DNA of 61,104 nucleotides from a virus (lineage: Duplodnaviria; Caudoviricetes). How positions within the stretch are numbered: position 1 is the first letter of the stretch; each line of letters begins with the position of its first letter. Both the position numbers and the translations under genes were made by a program. Positions 17,190 to 25,349 of the stretch are shown here, piece after piece. Where the stretch lies: positions 1-61,104 of the IMG/VR virus record IMGVR_UViG_3300027833_000051. One strand, given 5' to 3'. The notes beneath the pieces are model-generated. The model was not told where the DNA came from and did no database searches. It saw only the letters and a program-made list of their open reading frames with translations.

Positions 17190-18332
17190 ATGACAAAAGT
17201 ATTAGTAATCGGCGATATAATAATCGACAAATATATTTATGGAACTTCTAACAGGTTAAGTCCCGAAGGTCCTATTCCTATTGTGAATTTAGAAAGTGTA
17301 AGAGAAACGTCAGGTGGCGCAGGAAATCTTTTTGAGAATCTAAAGTCTCTCGGTGTAGATGCAGATTTGTTAACTTACGACGGCGACAAAAGTGTTAAGA
17401 CTCGTGTGTTTAGTGATAGTCATTATGTTACACGTATCGACGAAGATCATATTATTGATGGTGATCAAATGTTACTTGATATTAAAAAGATTGATTTTTC
17501 TCCGTATACTTACGTTGTGTTAAGTGATTATGCTAAAGGTGTGTTAACTTACGCAAAAGAAATAATTGCACACATTAATACATTTGGTTGTAAAGTAATT
17601 GTAGACCCAAAGAGAGATGCTAGTCATTATGAAGGTGCCTGGCTTATTAAACCTAATAAACTAGAAGAAACTCAATACAACTTTAGTGAACATGACTGGA
17701 ACTGGATTGTAACAGATTCTAATTTGCCAGTTCGTGCAAAGATTGATAATATTTCATACACTATACAGCCTAAAGATGTTGATGTAAATGATGTTACTGG
17801 TGCAGGAGACTGCTTCTTAGCAGCTTTTGTATATGCATTAGTCGACGGTATTACTATGCACAACGCCCTTAAATTAGCGTGTGCAGGCGCAACAGAAAGC
17901 GTAAAGCATGTAGGCACATATGTTCTTGAAGAACGCGATTTAAAGAAAAAAGTTATCTTTACAAACGGCTGCTTTGACGTTCTGCACAAAGGCCACCTTA
18001 CACTGCTTAAAAAAGCCCGTAACATGGGTGATAAGCTAATTGTTGGCCTAAACAGCGACAGTAGCGTTAATACTTTAAAAGGCGGGGATAGACCGTTTAA
18101 CGACATACAAACAAGAATTGAACAATTAGAATTAATTCCATATGTTGACGAAGTAATAGTATTTGATGAATATGATCCTATACTTCTTATTAAAAAGCTA
18201 AGACCAGATATTATTGTAAAAGGCGGAGACTATCGTGTAGAGGAAGTTGTCGGTCACGACATTGCACCTGTGCGCATTATTCCATTAGTAGAAGGTTACA
18301 GTACTACTGAAATATTAAAGGACCGTAAGTGA
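17190..18332 (+). CDS. hldE: Bifunctional heptose 7-phosphate kinase / heptose 1-phosphate adenylyltransferase (compact)
   Basis: PfkB domain (IGDIIID, RLSPEGP, GGAGN, LSDYAKG, DPK, DVTGAGDCF) plus nucleotidyltransferase domain (FTNGCFDVLHKGH, VGLNSD, KGGDY, GYSTT). Confidence 0.95.
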   Translation: MTKVLVIGDIIIDKYIYGTSNRLSPEGPIPIVNLESVRETSGGAGNLFENLKSLGVDADLLTYDGDKSVKTRVFSDSHYVTRIDEDHIIDGDQMLLDIKKIDFSPYTYVVLSDYAKGVLTYAKEIIAHINTFGCKVIVDPKRDASHYEGAWLIKPNKLEETQYNFSEHDWNWIVTDSNLPVRAKIDNISYTIQPKDVDVNDVTGAGDCFLAAFVYALVDGITMHNALKLACAGATESVKHVGTYVLEERDLKKKVIFTNGCFDVLHKGHLTLLKKARNMGDKLIVGLNSDSSVNTLKGGDRPFNDIQTRIEQLELIPYVDEVIVFDEYDPILLIKKLRPDIIVKGGDYRVEEVVGHDIAPVRIIPLVEGYSTTEILKDRK

Positions 18333-19141
18333 AAATATTAATTACAGGTCATGAAGGATTTATAGGTAAAAACTTAGCACCATTCCTTGACAAAGATAAT
18401 GAGCTATTTGGTTATGAATTTAATCCCGAATCGTTGCCTGATGTTACTGGATATGACTGGGTAATACACATAGGGGCAATTAGCTCAACAACAGAACGAG
18501 ATATAGATAAAGTAATGTTGCAGAACTATGAATTTTCAAAATGGTTGTTTAACGAATGCAATAACAGAGGTGTAAATTTACAATATGCATCTAGTGCAAG
18601 CGTATACGGCACCAATATTGATTTTAATGAAGATGCGCCAAAGCAACCGCAAAGTTATTATGCAACTAGTAAGTATTTGTTTGATCGCTGGGTGATGCAG
18701 CAGTCGCATAATATTATAGTTCAAGGGTTTCGGTATTTCAATGTTTACGGCCCGTACGAAGATCACAAAGGCGACCAAGCAAGTCCTGTGTCTAAGTTCT
18801 TTAAACAAGCACGAGAGAAGGGCATTATTACTCTTTTTGAAAACAGTGACAAATATAAACGAGACTTTGTATATGTAGGCGACTGCTGTAACATACATCG
18901 TTATATGCTAACTTCGACTGAAACTGGTATATTTAATATTGGAACAGGTGTAGCAACTAGCTTTCAGACTATTGCAGAACTTATTGCTAAACGATTTAAC
19001 GCTAAAATTAAATACATACCAATGCCTGATTCACTAAATGGTCAATACCAAGAATACACTTGTGCAGACATATCTCAGTTAAGTAAATTAGTTAATATAA
19101 ACTTTACAACTCCAGAGGATTTTATAAATGGAAGAAACTAA
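18329..19141 (+). CDS. hldD: ADP-L-glycero-D-manno-heptose 6-epimerase
   Basis: TGHEGFIG, HIGAISSTTE, YASSASVYG, YATSK, RYFNVYGP.E.HKG, RDFVYV, YQEYTCAD. GTG start overlaps the hldE TGA. Confidence 0.93.
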   Translation: MKILITGHEGFIGKNLAPFLDKDNELFGYEFNPESLPDVTGYDWVIHIGAISSTTERDIDKVMLQNYEFSKWLFNECNNRGVNLQYASSASVYGTNIDFNEDAPKQPQSYYATSKYLFDRWVMQQSHNIIVQGFRYFNVYGPYEDHKGDQASPVSKFFKQAREKGIITLFENSDKYKRDFVYVGDCCNIHRYMLTSTETGIFNIGTGVATSFQTIAELIAKRFNAKIKYIPMPDSLNGQYQEYTCADISQLSKLVNINFTTPEDFINGRN

Positions 19142-19523
19142 CCAACCAACAAGACTAAGTGGCGCAGTAGAAAAAGGATGGGGTTATGAACTTATCTGGG
19201 CTACTAGTGATGATTACTGTGGTAAGATTATGTTCTTTAACAAAGTAGGTGGCAAAACAAGTATGCACTTTCATAAAATAAAAGATGAAACTTGGTTTGT
19301 AAATAGTGGTCGCTTTAAAGTAAGATATATTGATACTAAAGATTCTACAATGTACGAGAAGGAAATAGGTGAAGGCGAAGTATGGCACAATCCACCGTTA
19401 ATGCCTCATCAACTAATAGCAATGGAAGATGGTGCTAGTTTAACCGAAGTTAGTACTGCGGATAGTGTAGAAGATAATTATCGTATCGGTCCTGGTGATA
19501 GCCAGGCTGATGATACAGAATAA
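19128..19523 (+). CDS. Cupin, sugar isomerase-like (lyxose isomerase / type II PMI C-terminal-like)
   Basis: VEKGWGYE, SMHFHKIKDETW, PPLMPHQL, EVST cupin metal motifs. Confidence 0.8.
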   Translation: MEETNQPTRLSGAVEKGWGYELIWATSDDYCGKIMFFNKVGGKTSMHFHKIKDETWFVNSGRFKVRYIDTKDSTMYEKEIGEGEVWHNPPLMPHQLIAMEDGASLTEVSTADSVEDNYRIGPGDSQADDTE

Positions 19524-19528
19524 ACACA

Positions 19529-20158
19529 ATGTACGATAAAAATAATATTGCACCTAAGTGTGTTATAGGATTAGATCGCGATGGTGTAATTAATGTTGAT
19601 CGCGGCACTTACACTTATAGGCCTCAAGACTTTATGCCAATACCTGGAAGTTTGGATGCAGTTGCTAGACTACGAAAGATGGGTCATAAAATTGCAATTA
19701 TTACTAATCAAGGCGGCATTGCAAAAGGATTATATACTGCGAATGATGTAGAACGTGTTCATGATTACATGTTTTCATTATTAGGACAAGCTGGGTGCGA
19801 TAGCATAGATGCTTTATACTACAGTGAGTCGAGCGCACGTAGTGACGTCCTTGCTAAACCAAATACAGGAATGTTTAAGTATTGCGAACAAGATGTTCCA
19901 TTTATTAAATTTAATAAAGGTTACTTTGTAGGCGATAAAATGTCTGATTTAAAGGCAGCGTTTAAAATAGGTGCAAAGCCTATTCTAGTACGTACCGGAC
20001 ACGGCGAAGAAACTATTAAAGAATTAAATAAATTTACTAATCAAAAGATAAAGAAAAAGACCATCATATTTGACGATCTTAGTTCTTTTGCAGATTGGAT
20101 AGAGTCTAAAAATATTAATTCTAATTCTAATAGCTCTATTAAATATTCTATTAGTTAG
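19529..20158 (+). CDS. gmhB: D,D-heptose 1,7-bisphosphate phosphatase (HAD)
   Basis: LDRDGVIN, ITNQGGI, KPNTGM, VGDKMSDLKAA, LVRTGHG. Confidence 0.92.
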   Translation: MYDKNNIAPKCVIGLDRDGVINVDRGTYTYRPQDFMPIPGSLDAVARLRKMGHKIAIITNQGGIAKGLYTANDVERVHDYMFSLLGQAGCDSIDALYYSESSARSDVLAKPNTGMFKYCEQDVPFIKFNKGYFVGDKMSDLKAAFKIGAKPILVRTGHGEETIKELNKFTNQKIKKKTIIFDDLSSFADWIESKNINSNSNSSIKYSIS

Positions 20159-20183
20159 TAGCGCCTGTTTCTAATAGAATATT
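20142..20183. repeat. 13-bp perfect inverted repeat at the convergent gmhB / oxygenase junction
   Basis: aatattctattag (20142-20154) and ctaatagaatatt (20171-20183). Confidence 0.7.
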
Positions 20184-20777
20184 AAAGGATAAACTAATAC
20201 GATCAGTATCAGTTTTATTTTCATTAACTCCGTGATCTAGATGACTAGGCCACATAACTGTTCTACCTTGCTCAGGCACAAACTGGGCTTCGTTTATTAC
20301 ACTTCCAATCGGATTACTTTTTAATGCTTTATTAGCATTTCTAAAAACTATATCACCGTCTTTGCCAGATGTCTTAAACCAATAGACTCCGCTAATTGAA
20401 TTAGTGCCGTGATCATGAATGTGTGCATATAATCCAGGTTTAGTAAGTGTTAACCACGAAGTACTAAGCACAGGTTTAAATCCTTCTTTAACTTGCATCA
20501 TGTTCATATAATTTTCACAGTGGTGTAGAATAAAAGATTTAGCAACTTTCATATCTTCATCGTTTAAGATAGACGTTGCAAAGTCGCCTTTATTAGATAG
20601 TTGTTGCGAGCTAGAGTCCCAATTTGGATTTTGCCCCCAAAGTTCATTTGAATACAGTTTGTCAACTACTCGCTGTATTTCTCCTTGCACTTCGTCGTAT
20701 TCTGTATCTTCTAGTTTATGTGTATATAACGGAGTAGGAAATAACGATATTATTTGACCTTCATTTTGTTCATCCAT
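20151..20777 (-). CDS. 2OG-Fe(II) oxygenase (TIGR02466-like)
   Basis: LFPTPLY, HxH motif HIHDH..ISGVYW, WPSHLDHGV, RISLSFN. Confidence 0.9.
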   Translation of the reverse strand: MDEQNEGQIISLFPTPLYTHKLEDTEYDEVQGEIQRVVDKLYSNELWGQNPNWDSSSQQLSNKGDFATSILNDEDMKVAKSFILHHCENYMNMMQVKEGFKPVLSTSWLTLTKPGLYAHIHDHGTNSISGVYWFKTSGKDGDIVFRNANKALKSNPIGSVINEAQFVPEQGRTVMWPSHLDHGVNENKTDTDRISLSFNILLETGATN

Positions 20778-20778
20778 A

Positions 20779-22692
20779 TTAAATTCCTTTGTTTCCTAAT
20801 CCGAAGTTGTCAATATTAACTTCATTAATTGTTTCTGTTTCGATTGATATTGTTGGTACTGCTCCGTGACCTGCTCCGTGTGCTATTTCAACCAGCATTT
20901 TTGTTGCAGGAAAGTATATATAGTTAATTTCTGAATTATATAACGTCTGCATTGCATCGTCAATAGTTTCAACTAATGGTTCGCCACCTAAGTTAAACGA
21001 AGTATTAAATAGTGCCGGTACTCCAGTTTGATTTTTAAATTCTTTAATTAAGCCGTGCCAGTGGAAGTTTTGTTCTTGAGTAACAGTTTGTATTCTGCAG
21101 GAGCCATCAACATGAATAACAGCCGGAATCTTTTCCGCTACACCTTCCTTACAACTAACAGCATACATCATACTAGGTGATTCTTCCATACCTCTAAGGT
21201 CAAACCAATCATGTACGTCTTCTTGTAATACTGATGCAGCAAATGGTCTAAAGTACTCTCTTTTCTTAATCAAGTTAACAAAGTCCTTACCATCGTGCAT
21301 TGTTGGATCAAACATTAACGATCTATTGCCCAAAGCCCGAGGACCGTTTTCGCATCGTTCTTGAAATAAAGCTACTATATTTTTTGATCTAATAGTATTA
21401 ATAACATCAGTATAACTTACATCATAACTAATTTTACCATTATATTTTGCAGCAGATTCTTCAATAGTTGTTGAGGTTATTTCTTGCACTGGTCCAAGGA
21501 AAAGACCTTCGTCTTTATCTCTAACTCGTGCGTCTTGGGTAATCTCATGATAATGATACAAAGCTGCTCCCATTGCAGTGCCTGCATCATTTGATATAGG
21601 TTCTACATATATGTTAACGTCTTCAGGTAAGTGCTTTAAGTAATAATAATTTGCGACACAATTTAATCCGTATCCGCCACTAATAACAATATTTTTATTA
21701 CCAGTGCGTTCGATAGACGTTTTAATCAAGTCAAGAACAAGCTTTTGAGATTCTATTTGAACATTGTATGCCATATTCCTGCGAGATGCTAATAATGTAA
21801 GATCTTCTTTATCAGCTTCTTCAATTAATTTACCAATTCTATTTGTTTCTTCTAGATCATCTGGGTCTGTTATTTGATCGTAAATATCTGCATATTTTAA
21901 TACTTTATCGTCAAGTTCTGGAAATTCTGTTTGATTTATTGACGAGCCGTTTGGATATGTATTAGACAATAAATTATTATCGCCACCCCATTTTCCATAA
22001 ATCTTAGGTGCCTTGTTTGGCTCACCGTACGGAAATAACCCCATAGTCTTTCCTGCTTCGATAGCGTCAAACCCGCAGAATCGAGTTACTGCTTCGTATG
22101 CTTTAACAATGCCTGCTTTATCATTAACAATTACTTCAAATCCGTTAGCATTATGATGCTCCGTTATCCACGGACCATTACCGCCAAAGTGCTTATAAAT
22201 GTCTTTAAAGTTTGCAGGATATGATACATCATACATACTTTCTACTTCCCACATAGTATCGCCATCTGGTCTAGGAACAAATGTGCCCGCACCGTCTACA
22301 ATAATTGCTGTAGCGGTTTCAAACCCGGATCTATAAAATGCACACGCAGCATGATTTCTATGATGTTGTTCCCAGGCATGCACTACTTGCGGATGTGGGC
22401 TAGTAGTCCTATTAGGTCTAATTAGTTTCATTTTTCTTGCTAACGAAGTATATGGGTCTTCAGCAGTATAGTCAGTTTTATTATCGTCTACAGCAGTGTG
22501 TGATATAACTAAATAATCTATCTTATCAGTATATTCTAAAATTTTAACAATACTAGCAAACGGAGTTCCGTCATATTTATATCTTGTTAATCGTTCTTCC
22601 TCAATAGAAAATACAATTTCTCCGTCTTTTAACAGACATACTCCAGCATTATGCCCGCGGGCTATTCCTGCAATGTATCCAGTTTGTTCCAT
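20779..22692 (-). CDS. Carbamoyltransferase (NodU/CmcH/TobZ family)
   Basis: GHNAG..EEERLTR.K, HHRNHAACAFYRS, IVDGAG, GKTMGL.PYG, SGGYGLNCVAN, DAGTAMGAA, E.GPRALGNRS, KKREYFRPFA, HVDGSCRIQT, NTSFN. Confidence 0.95.
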   Translation of the reverse strand: MEQTGYIAGIARGHNAGVCLLKDGEIVFSIEEERLTRYKYDGTPFASIVKILEYTDKIDYLVISHTAVDDNKTDYTAEDPYTSLARKMKLIRPNRTTSPHPQVVHAWEQHHRNHAACAFYRSGFETATAIIVDGAGTFVPRPDGDTMWEVESMYDVSYPANFKDIYKHFGGNGPWITEHHNANGFEVIVNDKAGIVKAYEAVTRFCGFDAIEAGKTMGLFPYGEPNKAPKIYGKWGGDNNLLSNTYPNGSSINQTEFPELDDKVLKYADIYDQITDPDDLEETNRIGKLIEEADKEDLTLLASRRNMAYNVQIESQKLVLDLIKTSIERTGNKNIVISGGYGLNCVANYYYLKHLPEDVNIYVEPISNDAGTAMGAALYHYHEITQDARVRDKDEGLFLGPVQEITSTTIEESAAKYNGKISYDVSYTDVINTIRSKNIVALFQERCENGPRALGNRSLMFDPTMHDGKDFVNLIKKREYFRPFAASVLQEDVHDWFDLRGMEESPSMMYAVSCKEGVAEKIPAVIHVDGSCRIQTVTQEQNFHWHGLIKEFKNQTGVPALFNTSFNLGGEPLVETIDDAMQTLYNSEINYIYFPATKMLVEIAHGAGHGAVPTISIETETINEVNIDNFGLGNKGI

Positions 22693-23651
22693 TATTTTTC
22701 CTCTGTAATCATAGTAAATTGTTGTGTTTCTGCCAAACTATTATTAACGCCTTCAATAATTTGCGTCATAGTATCGTTAGTTAGTTTCATTAAATTTTCA
22801 TTATGTCTATCAATTCTAACATCAACTACAATTCTAATCGGAGAGTACAGGCGCTCGTCTTTACCATTATCAATAATAGTTATTGAACTATCAGCCGGGT
22901 GTGAAGTATTTTCAGGGAACGTACTTCCCATTACTACTGCGCCAGGTTTATTTAACGAGTGTGCAATATGCTGTCCTACTGAATCACAGCCTAAGAAATA
23001 ATCAGCAGCATTAATAATACCAGTCCATTGCAATAAGCTAACGTCTTCTGGGTGCATTACACCCATTGGGCGATCTATTGGTATTTTAAATTCGCTCATT
23101 AGTATAACAGCGTAATTTTTATTTAATTGTTCAATTATATTTAGAAGATCATCAAGTTCAAACGATCTTCCACTTTCGTCGAGAATTGTATTACCCTTTA
23201 GTGTAGCAGTAGATCCAAAGGGTTGTAATACTACTACTTTATCTTTTTTAAAGTGCGACTTTGCTTCCTGACACAAAGAGTGGCCGCCAATCATATCGTT
23301 CTTGCCAATAAATGTTTTAAATTGTTTAGTTTCTGGAATTTTCTTCGGAGGAATATCGTAATTGATTAGCATATCAAATGCTTGTACAAGATTGCATTTT
23401 TGATTAAAATATGCATTTAGTTGATAAGGTTCAGGAGAAATAATTTCTCTGTCTTTTACCTGTTCAAAAATATTAGGATCATTAGCTGGCCAAACGTTTC
23501 CAGCTAATATTTTACTAGTTAGATATAGGTCTAACCATCCTTCAACAACAATAACGGCTGTTGGGTCAGTGTGCGTTACATAATGTTCTAATGCTGGTAT
23601 AGCACAAAGCACCCTGCCAGCGCCACCATTTATAAAGAATGCCTTTTTCAT
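22692..23651 (-). CDS. GT9-like glycosyltransferase (heptosyltransferase family)
   Basis: N-terminal GGAGRVLCAIPAL, central LQPFGS, C-terminal ADYFLGCDSVGQHIAHSLNKPGAVVMGST, matching the GT9 signature. Confidence 0.8.
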   Translation of the reverse strand: MKKAFFINGGAGRVLCAIPALEHYVTHTDPTAVIVVEGWLDLYLTSKILAGNVWPANDPNIFEQVKDREIISPEPYQLNAYFNQKCNLVQAFDMLINYDIPPKKIPETKQFKTFIGKNDMIGGHSLCQEAKSHFKKDKVVVLQPFGSTATLKGNTILDESGRSFELDDLLNIIEQLNKNYAVILMSEFKIPIDRPMGVMHPEDVSLLQWTGIINAADYFLGCDSVGQHIAHSLNKPGAVVMGSTFPENTSHPADSSITIIDNGKDERLYSPIRIVVDVRIDRHNENLMKLTNDTMTQIIEGVNNSLAETQQFTMITEEK

Positions 23652-23681
23652 TAATATTACAACTCCTTCAGTTAGTCATAA

Positions 23682-23689
23682 TATTTATT
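23682..23689 (-). promoter_or_regulatory. Late promoter AATAAATA for the GT9-carbamoyltransferase-oxygenase operon
   Basis: Upstream of the AAGGAG SD of 23651. Confidence 0.6.
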
Positions 23690-23726
23690 TGTGAGTATAC
23701 CTAATAAGGAGGAATGTGGCTAATAG

Positions 23727-23759
23727 TTATTGTGCTGAACATTACATCCAGCACAATAA
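23727..23759 (-). terminator. 11-bp stem-loop after the fibre chaperone gene (terminator or RNA-stabilising hairpin)
   Basis: ttattgtgctg-N11-cagcacaataa. No clear U-tract. Confidence 0.5.
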
Positions 23760-23769
23760 TATTTAAAAA

Positions 23770-24489
23770 TTAACTTACGCCACCTGGTAATTGTGCTATA
23801 GCGTCTGCATCGTCATCTGTTCGATCTGCAATCCTAATAACCGGTACGTCTGGATCATCAAAGTCTGTATCATACGTTTCATCAGGCGCCATCGGAAACT
23901 TTATTAAGTCATTAGGAACATCTGCCCATTCGCTAGGAAGATCTCTAAGACGCTGTCTATAATTCGTCCAAGCAGTTCTTAATGATTCTGGCATATCTGG
24001 AGCAAGTTTTGAATCACTTGCAGCTAATCGGCTATTTCTTTCATCTCTAATAAATTCATCGCTTCTATCTCTATCATTTGTCACGAATTCTAAGTCTGCT
24101 GTAAAATCTTCCTCTACAGTATGTATCTTATAAATCGCTCTAATGTCTGAAGGATCACTAATTGCATTATTTGGCAAATCACTAGGGCCTACTTCTATTT
24201 CGTATACTTTTGGAGTGGCCAGGCCGCCATATATTAGTCCAATTTTCATACAATTTATATCTGAGTCTGCACGTAATATTTCAACACGTTGATTTAATGC
24301 AGGGTCTCTATCAGTTAAATCGTCCGGAGCTGACCATATATCTTCTACAATGCCACTTTCGTCATCGACCCAAAGGATTATCTCTGCAGGTCCTTCGTAT
24401 AGCTGTGTACTAGTTTTACCTAGTGTAGTGGCTGTTGAATACATTTCATCTGGTACAGCGTATGTTAATAATCGAGTTACTGTTGTCAT
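23770..24489 (-). CDS. Tail fibre assembly chaperone-like protein
   Basis: IRDERNSRLAASD...AWTNYRQRLRDLP..FP..P motif of phage tail fibre assembly chaperones. Confidence 0.8.
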   Translation of the reverse strand: MTTVTRLLTYAVPDEMYSTATTLGKTSTQLYEGPAEIILWVDDESGIVEDIWSAPDDLTDRDPALNQRVEILRADSDINCMKIGLIYGGLATPKVYEIEVGPSDLPNNAISDPSDIRAIYKIHTVEEDFTADLEFVTNDRDRSDEFIRDERNSRLAASDSKLAPDMPESLRTAWTNYRQRLRDLPSEWADVPNDLIKFPMAPDETYDTDFDDPDVPVIRIADRTDDDADAIAQLPGGVS

Positions 24490-24501
24490 TTATCTGTCTC
24501 C

Positions 24502-25347
24502 TTAACTATAAGTTACTTTAACTAGGCCGCCAGCGCCCCAGCTGCCCCAGCAAGCATTACGAGACATTGTTACGTGTCCTGCGCCACCACCACCTGGGAA
24601 AGCTGAGTGTGCAGCACAACAAGCCATGTTACCTGTACATGGGTGTTTGCCGCCTACTCCGTGTGGTGCTGCAAATGGTCCTGAAGGGCCGCCTGCTACA
24701 GAGAAGTGATCAGCACAACAATTGTACTGTCTGTTCATTGAGCCACCAGTGCCTCTAAATTCAACGTCAGAGCAGCGTGTAGCTTCGTTACAAACGTTTG
24801 CTTGCCAACTACTATTATACAAACCTCGGTTACATTGTACGTTACCAATGTGACAGTTATAACAGTTAGAAGATTTATCCCAAACTGTTGGGCCTCCCAT
24901 TCCGCCAATTGCGCAAAAATTATTTAGTCCCCAGCAACTGCCGCCACCGCCACGACACACATAGCTTTTACAGCCGTGTCTTGCGTTTACGTTACATCTA
25001 CAGCAACAACTACATGATGAAGTTCCGCCTGCACAAATAGTAAAGCAACTACTATCTGAAAATCCACAAGCAGATCTAGTAATTGTTTTTACACCATAGT
25101 TGCCGCCTTGTCCGCCGATACCAAAATCGTAGTCACCGCCTGATGACCCGCCTGGTCCGCCGCCGGATAAGATTTCAAATTTAATTGAGTTTGTACCGTT
25201 TGGTACATTCCATAAACAACAACGTCCGCCGTTTGTTACAGCCCAATGGTTTGAGTTGTAAACATAAAATTCATTTACTTCTGGCGCTTTTGCCATTACC
25301 TGGCCGCTGCTGAAAATGATACCTGTGTTTGATAGACATACTGCCAT
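24502..25347 (-). CDS. Gly- and Cys-rich fibre-tip / adhesin-like protein
   Basis: W.VP.G...IKFEILSGGGPGG..GGQGG..FPGGGG..GAGGLVKVTY glycine-rich domain with 26 Cys in 281 aa. Directly follows the fibre gene. Confidence 0.7.
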   Translation of the reverse strand: MAVCLSNTGIIFSSGQVMAKAPEVNEFYVYNSNHWAVTNGGRCCLWNVPNGTNSIKFEILSGGGPGGSSGGDYDFGIGGQGGNYGVKTITRSACGFSDSSCFTICAGGTSSCSCCCRCNVNARHGCKSYVCRGGGGSCWGLNNFCAIGGMGGPTVWDKSSNCYNCHIGNVQCNRGLYNSSWQANVCNEATRCSDVEFRGTGGSMNRQYNCCADHFSVAGGPSGPFAAPHGVGGKHPCTGNMACCAAHSAFPGGGGAGHVTMSRNACWGSWGAGGLVKVTYS

Positions 25348-25349
25348 TT

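Noticed and set aside
17190-23651. Bacterial LPS locus or host contamination
   Set aside because: The genes are contiguous with phage structural genes, share their composition and late promoter motif, and include a segment copied from the phage fibre gene.
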